This document shows positions 28,326-39,290 of a stretch of 64,000 nt of DNA, in pieces. The stretch lies in IMG/VR virus record IMGVR_UViG_3300037455_000492. The stretch is one strand, 5' to 3'. The position numbers were made by a program, and so were the translations under genes. The notes below the pieces were generated by a model. It was given only the letters and a program-made list of their open reading frames with translations. It was not told where the DNA came from and searched no databases. The DNA is from an uncultured virus (IMG/VR IMGVR_UViG_3300037455_000492). Its lineage: Duplodnaviria > Heunggongvirae > Uroviricota > Caudoviricetes. Position 1 is the stretch's first letter. Every line of letters begins with the position of its first letter.

Positions 28326-28975
28326 ACCAAACATTATGAAAACACTGACTATAATTTTAATAGCCGCAGCCGCATTGGTTGTCGCCGCTGTGGTGTTCGC
28401 ATTAATCAAAACTCTGATTTGGCGAAAACGAATTGCGGAGAGTTTTCGTCAACTTCAATTCAATCTTGCCGAAAAAATGGTCGGGCTTGAACTCACGCCA
28501 ATGCCCGAAGACGGTAACACTCCGTACCCGAAGATAATCTGCCCGTATATGGATTTCGTGTACGACAAAGACGAAAAACAGAATGAGCGGATTCAAAACG
28601 AGCAAACCGAAAAAACAGAGAAGCAATGAAACTTTGGATGGCACTTTTGATATTCTTCGTGGCAGACCTGCTGCTTGCCTTTTCCATATACATAATATTG
28701 TGGAAAGTGGTTGCGAAGAGGGTTGCAAACCGAATGGCAAGAACGGTTGCATTCGATTTGGTTGACAACAACGAGGCGTTCAAGAACGGAATACCGTTGA
28801 TAAGCGGTCTGCTCCCGTATGAACTTTCGGATATTGCGAATCAGATGGGGCAGCAGTTCGACATAATGAACGACAAATCCCGCTCGGAAGATGAAAGGCG
28901 GATTGCTACTGAAAATTACAAAAAACTTATGACTAAATATAGCCTAACTTACAACAAGTACCAAACCAATAAATT

Positions 28976-29317
28976 ATGAAGCAAATTTTAGCAATATTTG
29001 TGGTTGTCGCATTGACGGCAATGTTTATCGCCGCAGAGGTGATTGGTCGCAACAAAAGGCGCGACAAAATGAAAAGAATACTCAAAGTAGGACGGAGGTT
29101 GGTGTTCTACAACAATATGCCGTTTTTTGAGGAACTCGAATACGTTGGGTCGGGCGAGATAACCGAATGCGGCGAAAACAAGTTCAAATACAAGTTGGGT
29201 GACGATAAATTTGTGAAAGACAGATACTCGACATTCGGCAAATTCAACGCAGCCCTTATCGTTGAGGTGTATGACGGCGACCAACTTGTCTATACAAACT
29301 GCGAAAGAAAACTGTAA
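28976..29317 (+). CDS. Membrane-anchored protein, paralog of 32569-32928
   Basis: N-terminal TM helix, LKVGR, VEVYDGD.L. Confidence 0.6.
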   Translation: MKQILAIFVVVALTAMFIAAEVIGRNKRRDKMKRILKVGRRLVFYNNMPFFEELEYVGSGEITECGENKFKYKLGDDKFVKDRYSTFGKFNAALIVEVYDGDQLVYTNCERKL

Positions 29318-29570
29318 TTATGACAAAAGAGCAACTCATACAATTTGTCGAGGAGGCGCACAAACAGAAAATGCTGAACTTTTTTCTCGTGTCTCTGATT
29401 ACATCAGAAAACACTGACGAGGAAAAGAAAATCGCGCTCGACATAGCCAAGCGGCTGTCGGAATGCGCAGATGAATTGAATCTGCCGAAAACCGTCAAGG
29501 CTCGTGTGAAACGATGTGCAAATAAAACGATAGCGACTCTTGAAATAGAACTCGCCGAATCGGATAAAAC

Positions 29571-29599
29571 AAAAACGGGGGAATAAATCCCCCGTTTTT
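29571..29599. terminator. Bidirectional terminator
   Basis: aaaaacggggga...tcccccgttttt between convergent genes. Confidence 0.75.
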
Positions 29600-29602
29600 A
29601 TT

Positions 29603-29897
29603 TGTAATTATACCTTTTAGTCTTGTGGGTTTCCTATTTTAATGTAAAACGTGAACGTATTGCCAAATGTTTCCGTTCTGATTTCCCATTCATTCATTTC
29701 GTTGAATTTCATTTTTTCCCAATCATCGTCTTCGGGTGTATGCCAAAAAAATTTTCCATCGTTGCGTACCTCAACTTCAAGTACATTTCCAACTTTCGCA
29801 CGGTTATCATTCCAAACCATTTCGTTGATAGTTTTTATATGATTCATATTCACTATATATTTTCACTATTTATACAAGACTAAAATGGACAATTCCG
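29603..29897 (-). mobile_element. TIR cassette with cargo ORF 29617-29853
   Basis: TIRs 29603-29626 and 29873-29897; TSD tttttatt at 29595-29602 and 29898-29905. Confidence 0.88.
29617..29853 (-). CDS. Small late protein (HIKTINE N-terminus), cassette cargo
   Basis: Ends QD* inside the TIR; TATAAATA at 29867-29874 (-). Confidence 0.65.
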   Translation of the reverse strand: MNMNHIKTINEMVWNDNRAKVGNVLEVEVRNDGKFFWHTPEDDDWEKMKFNEMNEWEIRTETFGNTFTFYIKIGNPQD

Positions 29898-30202
29898 TTT
29901 TTATTTTCTGAAACGAGCCGTGAATTCGACCCACCATTCGTTGAACGGCAGAACATTGTCGAATCCGTCCGTTACTTTGTTGTACTTCGCTTCCACGTCA
30001 TCCTTTATCATAGGAAGCGTGTCCACCACCCGTCTGTATATGTCGGGCTGTTTTTCCATCAAGGAGTTCGCTTTCTCGAACACATAGGAATTGACATCTT
30101 CCAACACCGCGCACATTTGCAGCGGGTCGATGAGGTATTCGGTCAATAAATTTGCGACCCTTATTTTTAAGTTTTTTAGAAATCCCATATATAAGCAATA
30201 TA

Positions 30203-30640
30203 TTAAAACATAGGTGAATCGTATCTGTACTGCCTCTTGAGCAAGGACAGCACGTGGTTGTTCGGGAATATGTCCCTGCCGCTCATACTGTTCACGGTGT
30301 ACCCGTAACAGTCGGCGAGGAATCTGCCGACAGCCTGCGAGCGTGACACGCCCGCCCTGCAATGAATGTAGAATGTGCGCCCTATGTTTTCCGCTATGAA
30401 GTTGTATATGGTTTCCGCCTGCTTGTCGGTCAAACCCTTTATGCCTGCAACGTCATAGTCGTTCACATCCCAAAAGTCTATGTTAAGCACACGCTCCGTA
30501 CCGTCTTTGAAATAGTGTGATGGTTCTTTCGGCTCGCTTATGGATATGACAGCCATATTGGTAGGAACGAAAGAATCGGAATACCCGTTTTCTTTCATAT
30601 AGTTGTCGAACAGTCTTTTGCTGAATATGTATGCGTTCAT
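30203..30640 (-). CDS. Cys-dependent (PTP/DSP-like) phosphatase
   Basis: HCRAGVSRS (CX5R) motif. Confidence 0.8.
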   Translation of the reverse strand: MNAYIFSKRLFDNYMKENGYSDSFVPTNMAVISISEPKEPSHYFKDGTERVLNIDFWDVNDYDVAGIKGLTDKQAETIYNFIAENIGRTFYIHCRAGVSRSQAVGRFLADCYGYTVNSMSGRDIFPNNHVLSLLKRQYRYDSPMF

Positions 30641-31623
30641 TATTTACTGTTTAATGTGCTTATGATATTTTTCTGCTCCGCTTCAACATCGCTTTTCAGT
30701 TCATCGAAACGCTCTCTGTTTTCAAGGGTGTCGTCAACGCAAACGTGTCTGCCGCTTCTGCCGCACAGATAGAATTCGGTGTTGTATTTGTTCTTGAGTT
30801 TTTCGATTGCGTCATTACACAGCATTCTGTATTCTTCCTCGATGTAGTTTGAAAATACGTCCTGCAAAATGGGTTCGTCAGAAATTTGGAGAAAATCCAT
30901 TCCGCTGTCCTCATCGTAATATGTGTCATAATTGTCACCAGTGTAGGCGGCATATTTGTAGAAGTAGTTTATGTCCTTGACTATGTTTTCACAATCTATG
31001 CGCATTTCGGAACAGAAGATATATACGTTACTGTAGTAGTCGGTATATTCGGCAAGCGGGCAATCTTTGTTGTCTATGCCACCACCGAGAACAATAGGAT
31101 TTGGCAAGTCGGTGTGCGCCCAACCGCCGCCGTAGTTGAATTCAAAATCTATGCTTTCATCGCATTCGTCTTGCAGGAAACGTTGCAGATATTCGGTGTA
31201 ACTCCTTATGTTTTCCACCATCTGCGCGTTTGACTTCAGTTTGCTCGCCGTTATGGGTTTTATGTTCAGTTTTTCGTTTACTTGGACATTGTATTTGTCT
31301 GCTATGTATTCCAAGAAATCGTTTTTGTAAACCCACCAAACTGAAGAACCATCGTGAACCATAATGTCATCGTCACTGTCGTATATGAAAAATTTGTCAT
31401 CACCGTCAGAATTTATGCCGTTGTAATAATCTTCGGTTGACCATTTTTTAAGAAGCGAACATTTGATGTCCATTTTTATTTTCCAATATTCCTTGCCATC
31501 GTCTATGGTGCGTTCTCCCGTGAAAGCGGCGGATTGATAATCGAATTCCAATCCCTCGAACTTGACTTTGTAGCCCGCTCCCGCGCCCTCGGCTATGAAT
31601 TGTTCCAATGTAAGTATATTCAT
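30640..31623 (-). CDS. Acidic late protein with capsid-targeting-like N-terminus
   Basis: MNILTLEQFIAE N-terminus; internal VNEKLNIKPI; TATAAATA at 31640. Confidence 0.6.
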   Translation of the reverse strand: MNILTLEQFIAEGAGAGYKVKFEGLEFDYQSAAFTGERTIDDGKEYWKIKMDIKCSLLKKWSTEDYYNGINSDGDDKFFIYDSDDDIMVHDGSSVWWVYKNDFLEYIADKYNVQVNEKLNIKPITASKLKSNAQMVENIRSYTEYLQRFLQDECDESIDFEFNYGGGWAHTDLPNPIVLGGGIDNKDCPLAEYTDYYSNVYIFCSEMRIDCENIVKDINYFYKYAAYTGDNYDTYYDEDSGMDFLQISDEPILQDVFSNYIEEEYRMLCNDAIEKLKNKYNTEFYLCGRSGRHVCVDDTLENRERFDELKSDVEAEQKNIISTLNSK

Positions 31624-32930
31624 AATTTTTGTGTTTTAGTATTTATATTCAGTAAACTTGTTGGAATTTTTATTATATTATGTTGTTGATAATTTTGTTG
31701 ATAACTTTTTCAGAAAAAATATTTGCGGTATAAAAATTTTTGTATTTTTGCAGCGTAATCAAAAACCAACGGTTATGGAATTCAAGTCAAAGAAAGCATT
31801 GGAGAATGCAATCAGAGAATCAATCACGACAAACCCGCAACGCGCCATTGACGCTATGATGCGAATCTACGAGTATCAAACGGCTGACGAGCAGGCGTGT
31901 GGTTTGGTGAGAAATCTCAACGGCGTAGGATTCGCCTGCATTGATTCGGCAGTTCTCTCATCGTTCTGCGAGAAATACAAAAGATACGGATACCTTTCCG
32001 ACAAGCAGATTGAGTATCTGTTCAAGAAAATCGGAAAATACGCCAAGCAACTCACAGCCCAAGCAATCGACAAGGGTCTTTATGTGAAAAAAGACAACGT
32101 GTGGGTTGTGAACAAGGCGGCGGTCAAGAAATAAATTGTCTAACATTAAAAACATCTGTTATGAGTCTTGAGAAATACGACAACAACATTGTCAAGAAAG
32201 GCGAAATGGTTTACGGCAATTCGCCGAAGACAGAAGTTCTCGCTGACGGAACTTACAAGGGATTCAAAGTGTGCATTCTCTCATACGGCACACACCCCTG
32301 CTGTTATTTCAAACTGAACGATGGCGACAAGTTCATAGGCACGAACTATGACGATATTCCATTGGACTGTCACGGCGGAATCACGTTCTTCCAAAAGACG
32401 GACAGCAACGCCCCGATGGGCGATGGGTATTGGCTCGGTTGGGACTACGGTCACTACGGCGATGCCTACGGGACTATGATGCCAGGCAGGACGTACACGA
32501 CCGATTTACTGATTGCCGACTTGAAGCAAGCCATCGATGAATACATTTGTCTTTAATACCGAACTGTTATGGAAACTTTCATTGTTGTATTGGTACTTAT
32601 TTTTCTTGTTGTTTTGGGTTTCGTGTTGGAAGCCATTGATGAACGCAAGTACATCAAAAGACGCAAGGAACTGCTAAAGGTGGGCAGAACCATCGTATGG
32701 TACGCCTGCATTAACAAAGAGTTTGACGATTGGAAAGAAATATGTTCCGCCGAAATCGTTGACTGCCGTGACGAATACTTCAAAATCCGTTACAGCAGCG
32801 GTGACTATGAATACGTTAAATACACGTTCTTCGGCAACTATGACGATAAGGTTGAAGTGTATGACGGGAACGACCTCATTTTTTCAACGGGATTTGAACT
32901 TTGCGACACCTATCACAAAAAGGATTAGTT

Positions 32931-33350
32931 ATGAATATTGTTGGCGCATTTGAGCGGGCTTTCAGAGAGAAAGCGGAACACGGATGGGAAAAGATATATG
33001 TCCTTGTCGATGTTCACGACACCATTATGGTCGGCGAAAAACCCGAAAGGGACAACCCGAAATGGTACGCGCACGCAATCGAAGCATTGCGTATTATGAC
33101 GGAGCGCGAGGACATTTGTCTGATTATGTGGACGGGCGCATACCCGTTGCGAATCAACAAATACAAAAGACTGCTTGCCGAAATGGGTGTTCGGTTCGAT
33201 TATGAGAACGAGAACCCAGAGGCGGAGAGCAATGACTTCTATTGCAGCGACAGCAAGGTTTACTTCAATGTCGGCACAGACGACAGATTCGGATTTGACG
33301 CGGAAAGCGATTGGAAAGACGTAGTTGATTTTTTACAAAAATCCAAATGA
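32931..33350 (+). CDS. HAD-superfamily-like protein
   Basis: VLVDVHDTI, LIMWT, DDR motifs. Confidence 0.6.
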   Translation: MNIVGAFERAFREKAEHGWEKIYVLVDVHDTIMVGEKPERDNPKWYAHAIEALRIMTEREDICLIMWTGAYPLRINKYKRLLAEMGVRFDYENENPEAESNDFYCSDSKVYFNVGTDDRFGFDAESDWKDVVDFLQKSK

Positions 33351-33351
33351 T

Positions 33352-34261
33352 ATGACAAAAGAAGAGTTATTGAATTACGCGATTGACCTGCGGTCTGATG
33401 ACAAACAAAAACGGGAGGACGCTTCAAAGGCTATACTTGCGCATTGTGAGCCTCTGTTCAAAAAATGGTATGAGGAAATCAACAAATACGGGGATTACAA
33501 CATATCCGATTTTGAAGGATACCTGCCGAATATGGGCTATATCGAAAGTGTGGACTATTGCCCGAAATGCAGGGAGTTCTGCTTTCTCTATATATGCGAT
33601 GAAAACAAAGTGCGTGACAATATCATTGTCGATTTTGACGTGTTGAGTGACGAAAAGTTCATCGAAAAGCAGGCACGCGAGTATTGGGAACACGCTGTGT
33701 CCTGCCTCGAAGAGGACATTGTTCGGAAAAAGAAAGCCATAGCCTATATGGAAAAGGCACTTGAAGAACTGAAGAAAAAAGAACCGAAAAAACTATAATA
33801 TGGAAAAGAAACAACTTAAAGAATGGGTCGATAAACTGAATTCCGACTCAAAGTCCATATCAAACAACGCGAAGAAAATCGTAATCAAGGAGTGCGAGCC
33901 TCGCCTTAAAAGATGGTATAACTGCATCCGCAAGTACGGCGACTTCAACATATCGGATGATGACGAGTACCTTGCCAACAGAGGCGGCATATCCGATGTG
34001 TGGTTCAACAAGGAGACAAACGAATTGTCGTTCCTATACACGGACGGTTGCAGGGGCGACCATATCGAGGACGATATAAATGTTGACCTTGACGAATTCC
34101 TTGATGACAATTTCTTCGCCAATCGGGAATACACCGCTTGGACAAAAGCGGTCACGTTAGCCGAGAAGTCGCTTGGATTCTACAAATCAAAAGTCTCCGA
34201 AACGGAGAAACTGTTGGAAAAACTGAACACAATCAAACCGAAACCAATCTATAAAAAATAA
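33352..34261 (+). CDS. Two tandem paralogous hypothetical proteins (33352-33798, 33800-34261)
   Basis: Shared CEP..K.WY..I.KYGD.NISD...YL.N.G.I. Confidence 0.65.
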
Positions 34262-35284
34262 GATTATGAATTTAAGAGAATTGAAAATCGGAAACTATGT
34301 CGTATCGAGGGGCGAAGTCACAAGAATAATCGGTGTTCGCACCGACACCGACAACCCGACCGTTCTGTGCGAGAACTGCGATGTGTGGGTTGGCGATGTG
34401 GGAGGCATCAGTCTTACGGAAGACATACTCACGCGCCTTGGATTCAGTATGTCTGACGACAACACATACGGGCTTATGCGCACGGTGTTCTATCCATTCG
34501 GCAAACTGAACGTGTGCGAGTACGAGGATTATTTGGTTGTCGATTTGGCTATGCCGCAATCGTGCATAGTCAAGCACCAATACATCAAAGAACACGAGAA
34601 CTACCCGCCGTCTTTGCTTAACAAGTCATTCGAGGGTGAGATTGTGTATTTGCACGAGTTGCAGAATGTTATGGAAACCGTTGGATGCATCAAAAAACTT
34701 GAACTCGATGTAAACGGCATCGAAGTCGAACACAAAAAAGAATAGTTATGAAAGAAGAAACAATGAATATCAAGGTGTATGTCGCCAATGACGGAAAGCA
34801 GTTCCTTGACAAAGAAGAGTGTGAAAAACACGAGAACACAATCAATAACATCCGTTATTTCGTGGTTAAGCACACGCCAGATTTGACCGAAACGGGTTCG
34901 TTCAGAGGTATCAGCGTGGTCGCCGTGTATTCGGAAAACGGATATCACAGAAACATTGTCGAAAGATGGTGCGTTGACGAAATGAAGTATGCGATTCTCG
35001 GCTACTCCGTGCAGGGCTACGGTTTCCAACCGCACTTTGAAATCATCGACAGCAAGTCCGATGACGATTTTGCGAAATGCTGTTGGAATAACTTTGAGTA
35101 CAACAAGGCATTGGACTGCTCAAACATTAGGTACAAGAGCAAGGCGTTTCTCTCGCCGAAACGGGTTGACGGATTTCCGAACAATTTCGACTATATGGCA
35201 AAATGGTTCAAAAACTAATTTTTTCTTGAACGTTTTTCTTGGATTTTTATTATATTGTATTGTAAAGTTCTTTGAATAACCAAT

Positions 35285-35438
35285 AGTGCGTAGCATAGCA
35301 GAATGCGCCGTTTGCAAAACTCCGATTCTTGAAAAAGAACCACACAGCAATTTTTCAATAAATCAGTTTTCTCATAATTATTAATTTTGTTTTTTACCCA
35401 AGCAAACGGAGATGCGGGTAATGCAATCCCGCCGCACT
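35285..35438 (+). ncRNA. tRNA-like RNA with 86-nt insert in the anticodon loop
   Basis: Acceptor agtgcg/cgcact, D-stem gcat/atgc, stem ccgtttgc/gcaaacgg, T-stem gcggg/cccgc; own promoter motif upstream and terminator downstream. Confidence 0.6.
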
Positions 35439-35498
35439 TTTTTATTTGAACTGTTTGTAATTTTATTCATAGTATTTTAATTTTTTATGTTTTTGAAC

Positions 35499-35530
35499 AA
35501 AAAAGGAAGTCCGATTGGACTTCCTTTTTT
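35499..35530. terminator. Bidirectional terminator
   Basis: aaaaaaggaagtcc-gatt-ggacttcctttttt. Confidence 0.85.
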
Positions 35531-35550
35531 GGTTTAAGTGATTTGGCTTT

Positions 35551-36903
35551 CTATATTTTTCTGCCGTCTTTGTCGTAGATGCACTTGACTGTTGGAAACC
35601 GCATACTCGTGCCGCCCTTTTGGTTCTTTGTTTCCTCGAAGTATTTGACGGTTATGGTCTTCCCCATTATTTCCTCTGGGTGTTCCGCATAGTGTATCCT
35701 CTGCTGTTTGTTGAACCCGCTTCCGACACCTACACGATTTCCTTTGTAGTCAATCACAACATTGGTAAGAACGTGCCGCACAACCTGCTTGCCGTCCTCA
35801 ACCATACGCATATCGCCGAGTTCGTAGTCAATCACGGTGAACTCATCGTCCAAAAAATCCTTTACTTTAAGGAGGTTGTTCGTGCGCTTGCCCTCGTAGG
35901 CGACATCGCGGCGAATCATAAGACCTTCCCATTTCTTCGCCCTCGCCTCGTCATAGAGCGTGTTGAACACTTCGTTGCTTTCAACTTTGGTCTGCTTCAG
36001 CATCTTTATATTGTTGCCGACAATTTCCCCATTGTCCAAACAGAACTGCCGCAGGTCTTCCAACCTCAACGAAAGATACCTGCCGCCACCGCAGTACAGT
36101 TCTTCCAATGTGAGTTTGTCGAACACTTGGTAGCAGGGATTTGGGATTGTGTAGTCTTTTTTCCTAACGAGTTTTACAATGCTTATGAAATCCTCGTTGC
36201 CGAGCAGGTCAACTATGCAGAGTTCACCATCAAGAACGAAGTTGTCTTCGGGACATTTTTCAAGGATTCGTTTCAGCACGCCGAGTGTAAGGAACTCCTT
36301 TTTCTGCCTTGAGTAGAATTTGACCAATCCGTTGCGCTTTATCGCTATGCACCTCACGCCGTCACATTTGCGGGATGCCCACCAATCCTGCGTGGTGAAG
36401 TCAACTTTTTCGGCAATGTCGAAATACTTGTTTGCCAATGCGACACCGAAGTTCTCGTTGATTGTGTCGAACCCTTTGAGGTCGAATACCGTTTGAATTG
36501 TGTTCGCAGCCACACCGCAGCCGAAGTCCTTGTCTATGATGTCAAGGAAAAGATTGGAGACCGCAAGGTCTTTTTTGCGCAGGGCGTTCCGTATCGAAGC
36601 ACAAATTTCAACAGCATAGTTGCCCGTTATTTTCCTCTCCGAAAGTGATTCGAGTACATACATAATGTTCTCATCGGAAACGGTCTCGGCGCATCTGTCG
36701 GACTTGCATTTCAAAATGTTGTCTGCTGACACATAGAATCTGACGTGGGGGTTGGCAATGAAGTTGAACACTCTCATAGCGAAGTCGCTGTCGGCTTCGC
36801 TTTTGTATTTTTCAAGCATCTCGCGTTTTTTGTTCAACGATGAAGTTTGCATCAGATTTTGCTGTAAATCAGACAGTTTTTTGAATTGTACTAATTTTTC
36901 CAT
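35551..36903 (-). CDS. ATP-dependent DNA ligase
   Basis: KCDGVR (motif I), LDGEL, EGLMIR, LLKVK, MRFP. Confidence 0.93.
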   Translation of the reverse strand: MEKLVQFKKLSDLQQNLMQTSSLNKKREMLEKYKSEADSDFAMRVFNFIANPHVRFYVSADNILKCKSDRCAETVSDENIMYVLESLSERKITGNYAVEICASIRNALRKKDLAVSNLFLDIIDKDFGCGVAANTIQTVFDLKGFDTINENFGVALANKYFDIAEKVDFTTQDWWASRKCDGVRCIAIKRNGLVKFYSRQKKEFLTLGVLKRILEKCPEDNFVLDGELCIVDLLGNEDFISIVKLVRKKDYTIPNPCYQVFDKLTLEELYCGGGRYLSLRLEDLRQFCLDNGEIVGNNIKMLKQTKVESNEVFNTLYDEARAKKWEGLMIRRDVAYEGKRTNNLLKVKDFLDDEFTVIDYELGDMRMVEDGKQVVRHVLTNVVIDYKGNRVGVGSGFNKQQRIHYAEHPEEIMGKTITVKYFEETKNQKGGTSMRFPTVKCIYDKDGRKI

Positions 36904-37047
36904 ACTGAAATTTTTAAAATTGCAATTATTTATATTCGTTTTTTATTATATCAATAACGAGGGTTTGTTATAAATAAAATCCCAATCTTAAATAATAAAA
37001 ATTGTCAGAAAATATATTATACTAAACATAAAAGATAAACTACTGAT

Positions 37048-39213
37048 ATGCGTGTATTGAAAAGAGACAAGACGATTGAGAAATTTTCCAAGATGAAAAT
37101 TCGCAAATCATTACAAAAGACATTCAAGTCTTGCAAAGTCAAGTTCTGTGCAGAATGTTATGACGAAATCATAAAGAACATCAACGCGGCATACACAAAC
37201 GGCGATTCCGATGTTCTTGACATCAACCAAATCCAAGACATTACGGAATCGACACTCGTCAAGTGCGACCTGCCCGAAGTGGCAAAAGCGTATATTCTGT
37301 ATCGTCACGAAAGGGACAGAATACGTGAGTTTACCAAACAGAAGCAGGATTTCATTGAGAGTTACAAGAAGGCTTACAACACAGCCGACAACACAGTTGA
37401 TGACAACTCGAATGTGGCGAACAAGAACATCGGCGTTCTCAATGCCGAAATCCACAAAAAGGACAATATCCAAATCAACCGAATGACGGTTACGAACAAA
37501 ATACACACGTTGTATCCCGACTTCGATGCCAAGCAGTATTGCAGGGATTTGGAAGACCACATTATCTACAAGAACGATGAAAGTTCGTTTGCCTGCATCA
37601 GTCCTTATTGTGTCGCAATCACAATGTACCCGTTCTTGATTAACGGTATGAAGGAATTGGGCGGGCTTTCGGCAAAGCCGAAAAACCTCGACAGTTACTG
37701 CGGTATGCTCGTGAACCTTGTGTTCGCTCTTTCATCCCAATTCGCAGGTGCTGTCGCACTTCCCGAAGCGTTGCTTTGCTTCGATTATTTCGCACGAAAG
37801 GAATGGGGTGACGACTATATCGACCACATTGACGAACCGTGCAAAAGCAGTTTCTGCGCAACACAGAGAACTGTCGGTGAGCAAATTCACCAATATTTCC
37901 AACAAATCATCTATTCAATCAACCAACCCGCAAGCGCAAGGGGTATGCAAAGCGCATTCGTCAATTTCTCTTATTTTGACGAACCTTTCTTCCACGGGAT
38001 GTTTGACGATTTTGTTTTCCCCGATGGCACAAGACCGATTTGGCGTACAATCAATTGGCTTCAGAAAGACTTTATGAAGTGGTTTAACGAGGAACGCTTG
38101 AAGTGCATCCTCACATTCCCCGTTGAGAGTTTCGCTATGATTTACAAGGACGGCGAGTTCGTTGACAAAGAGAACTTCCAATTCGTATGCGATGAATATG
38201 CACGCGGTCACAGTTTCTTCACGTATATCAGCGACACTGTTGATTCATTGAGTTCCTGCTGCCGTCTGCGCAATAACATCACGGCTCACGAGTTCAATTT
38301 CACAAACGGCAACATCTCCGTTCAGACGGGTTCTAAATCCGTTATTTCACTCAACCTTTCCCGAATTGTCCAAAACGCCGTAAAGGATTTCGACAATCCG
38401 CAGGACAGATTGGAGAAAGACGCAATTTACGAGGCTATCCGCAACTACCTCATCGAGGTTCTCGGTCGTGTCTATATCTATCACAACGCATACAACGAAC
38501 TGTTGTGGGATATGTACGAGGCTAAACTTATGCCCGCTTACGATGCAGGATTCATCCATCTTGACAAACAGTATCTCACAATCGGCTTGAACGGTCTGAA
38601 CCAAGCGGCTGAATTCCTTGGCTTGAAATGCACGAAGAACAAACAATATGGCGAGTTCTGCCATATGATATTCGGCACGGTTAAGGAGCAAAACGCCTTG
38701 CATAAGACCAAACACACTATGTTCAACACGGAGCAAGTTCCCGCCGAAAGCCTCGCCGTCAAGAATTACAATTGGGACAAAGAGGATGGATATTGGGTTC
38801 CAGAGGACACGAACTTGTATGCAAGTTACATCTTCAAGCCGAATGACCCGAAGATTTCCGTGCTTGACAAAATCGAGATGCACGGTCGCGACTATATCGG
38901 CGACTACCTTGATGGCGGTTCAGCCGCCCATATCAATTTGAGCGAACACCTCACGTCAAAACAATATGACGTTCTGCTGCACCACGCAGCAAACACGGGT
39001 TGCCAATACCTTACATTCAATGTGCCTAACAGCGAATGCGAGGACTGCGGTTGGATTGCAAAAACACCCGTTGACGAATGTCCGCACTGCCACAGCAAGA
39101 ATATTGTCTATTGGGACAGAATCATCGGTTATCTCACCAAAATCAGAAATTGGAGCGAGGGCAGGCGCATCGAGCAGAAGACCCGTGTTTACACAAGGAA
39201 AGTGAATGTTTAA
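37048..39213 (+). CDS. nrdD: Anaerobic (class III) ribonucleotide reductase with ATP cone
   Basis: VLKRD ATP cone, SCCRL, CxxC...CxxC, RIIGYL glycyl-radical motif. Confidence 0.95.
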   Translation: MRVLKRDKTIEKFSKMKIRKSLQKTFKSCKVKFCAECYDEIIKNINAAYTNGDSDVLDINQIQDITESTLVKCDLPEVAKAYILYRHERDRIREFTKQKQDFIESYKKAYNTADNTVDDNSNVANKNIGVLNAEIHKKDNIQINRMTVTNKIHTLYPDFDAKQYCRDLEDHIIYKNDESSFACISPYCVAITMYPFLINGMKELGGLSAKPKNLDSYCGMLVNLVFALSSQFAGAVALPEALLCFDYFARKEWGDDYIDHIDEPCKSSFCATQRTVGEQIHQYFQQIIYSINQPASARGMQSAFVNFSYFDEPFFHGMFDDFVFPDGTRPIWRTINWLQKDFMKWFNEERLKCILTFPVESFAMIYKDGEFVDKENFQFVCDEYARGHSFFTYISDTVDSLSSCCRLRNNITAHEFNFTNGNISVQTGSKSVISLNLSRIVQNAVKDFDNPQDRLEKDAIYEAIRNYLIEVLGRVYIYHNAYNELLWDMYEAKLMPAYDAGFIHLDKQYLTIGLNGLNQAAEFLGLKCTKNKQYGEFCHMIFGTVKEQNALHKTKHTMFNTEQVPAESLAVKNYNWDKEDGYWVPEDTNLYASYIFKPNDPKISVLDKIEMHGRDYIGDYLDGGSAAHINLSEHLTSKQYDVLLHHAANTGCQYLTFNVPNSECEDCGWIAKTPVDECPHCHSKNIVYWDRIIGYLTKIRNWSEGRRIEQKTRVYTRKVNV

Positions 39214-39232
39214 TATATTGCATATATATATT

Positions 39233-39254
39233 GTGGGCGCGGGAACGCGCCCAC
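39233..39254 (+). terminator. GC-rich hairpin after nrdD
   Basis: gtgggcgcg-ggaa-cgcgcccac followed by ttt. Confidence 0.6.
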
Positions 39255-39290
39255 TTTAAAATCATACGCATAACCCCAATACAATAGAAT

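Noticed and set aside
35285..35438. Canonical tRNA or tmRNA call
   Set aside because: No 7-nt anticodon loop and no TTC T-loop; a D-stem is present and the insert is too short and lacks a clear tag ORF for tmRNA, so it is kept only as tRNA-like
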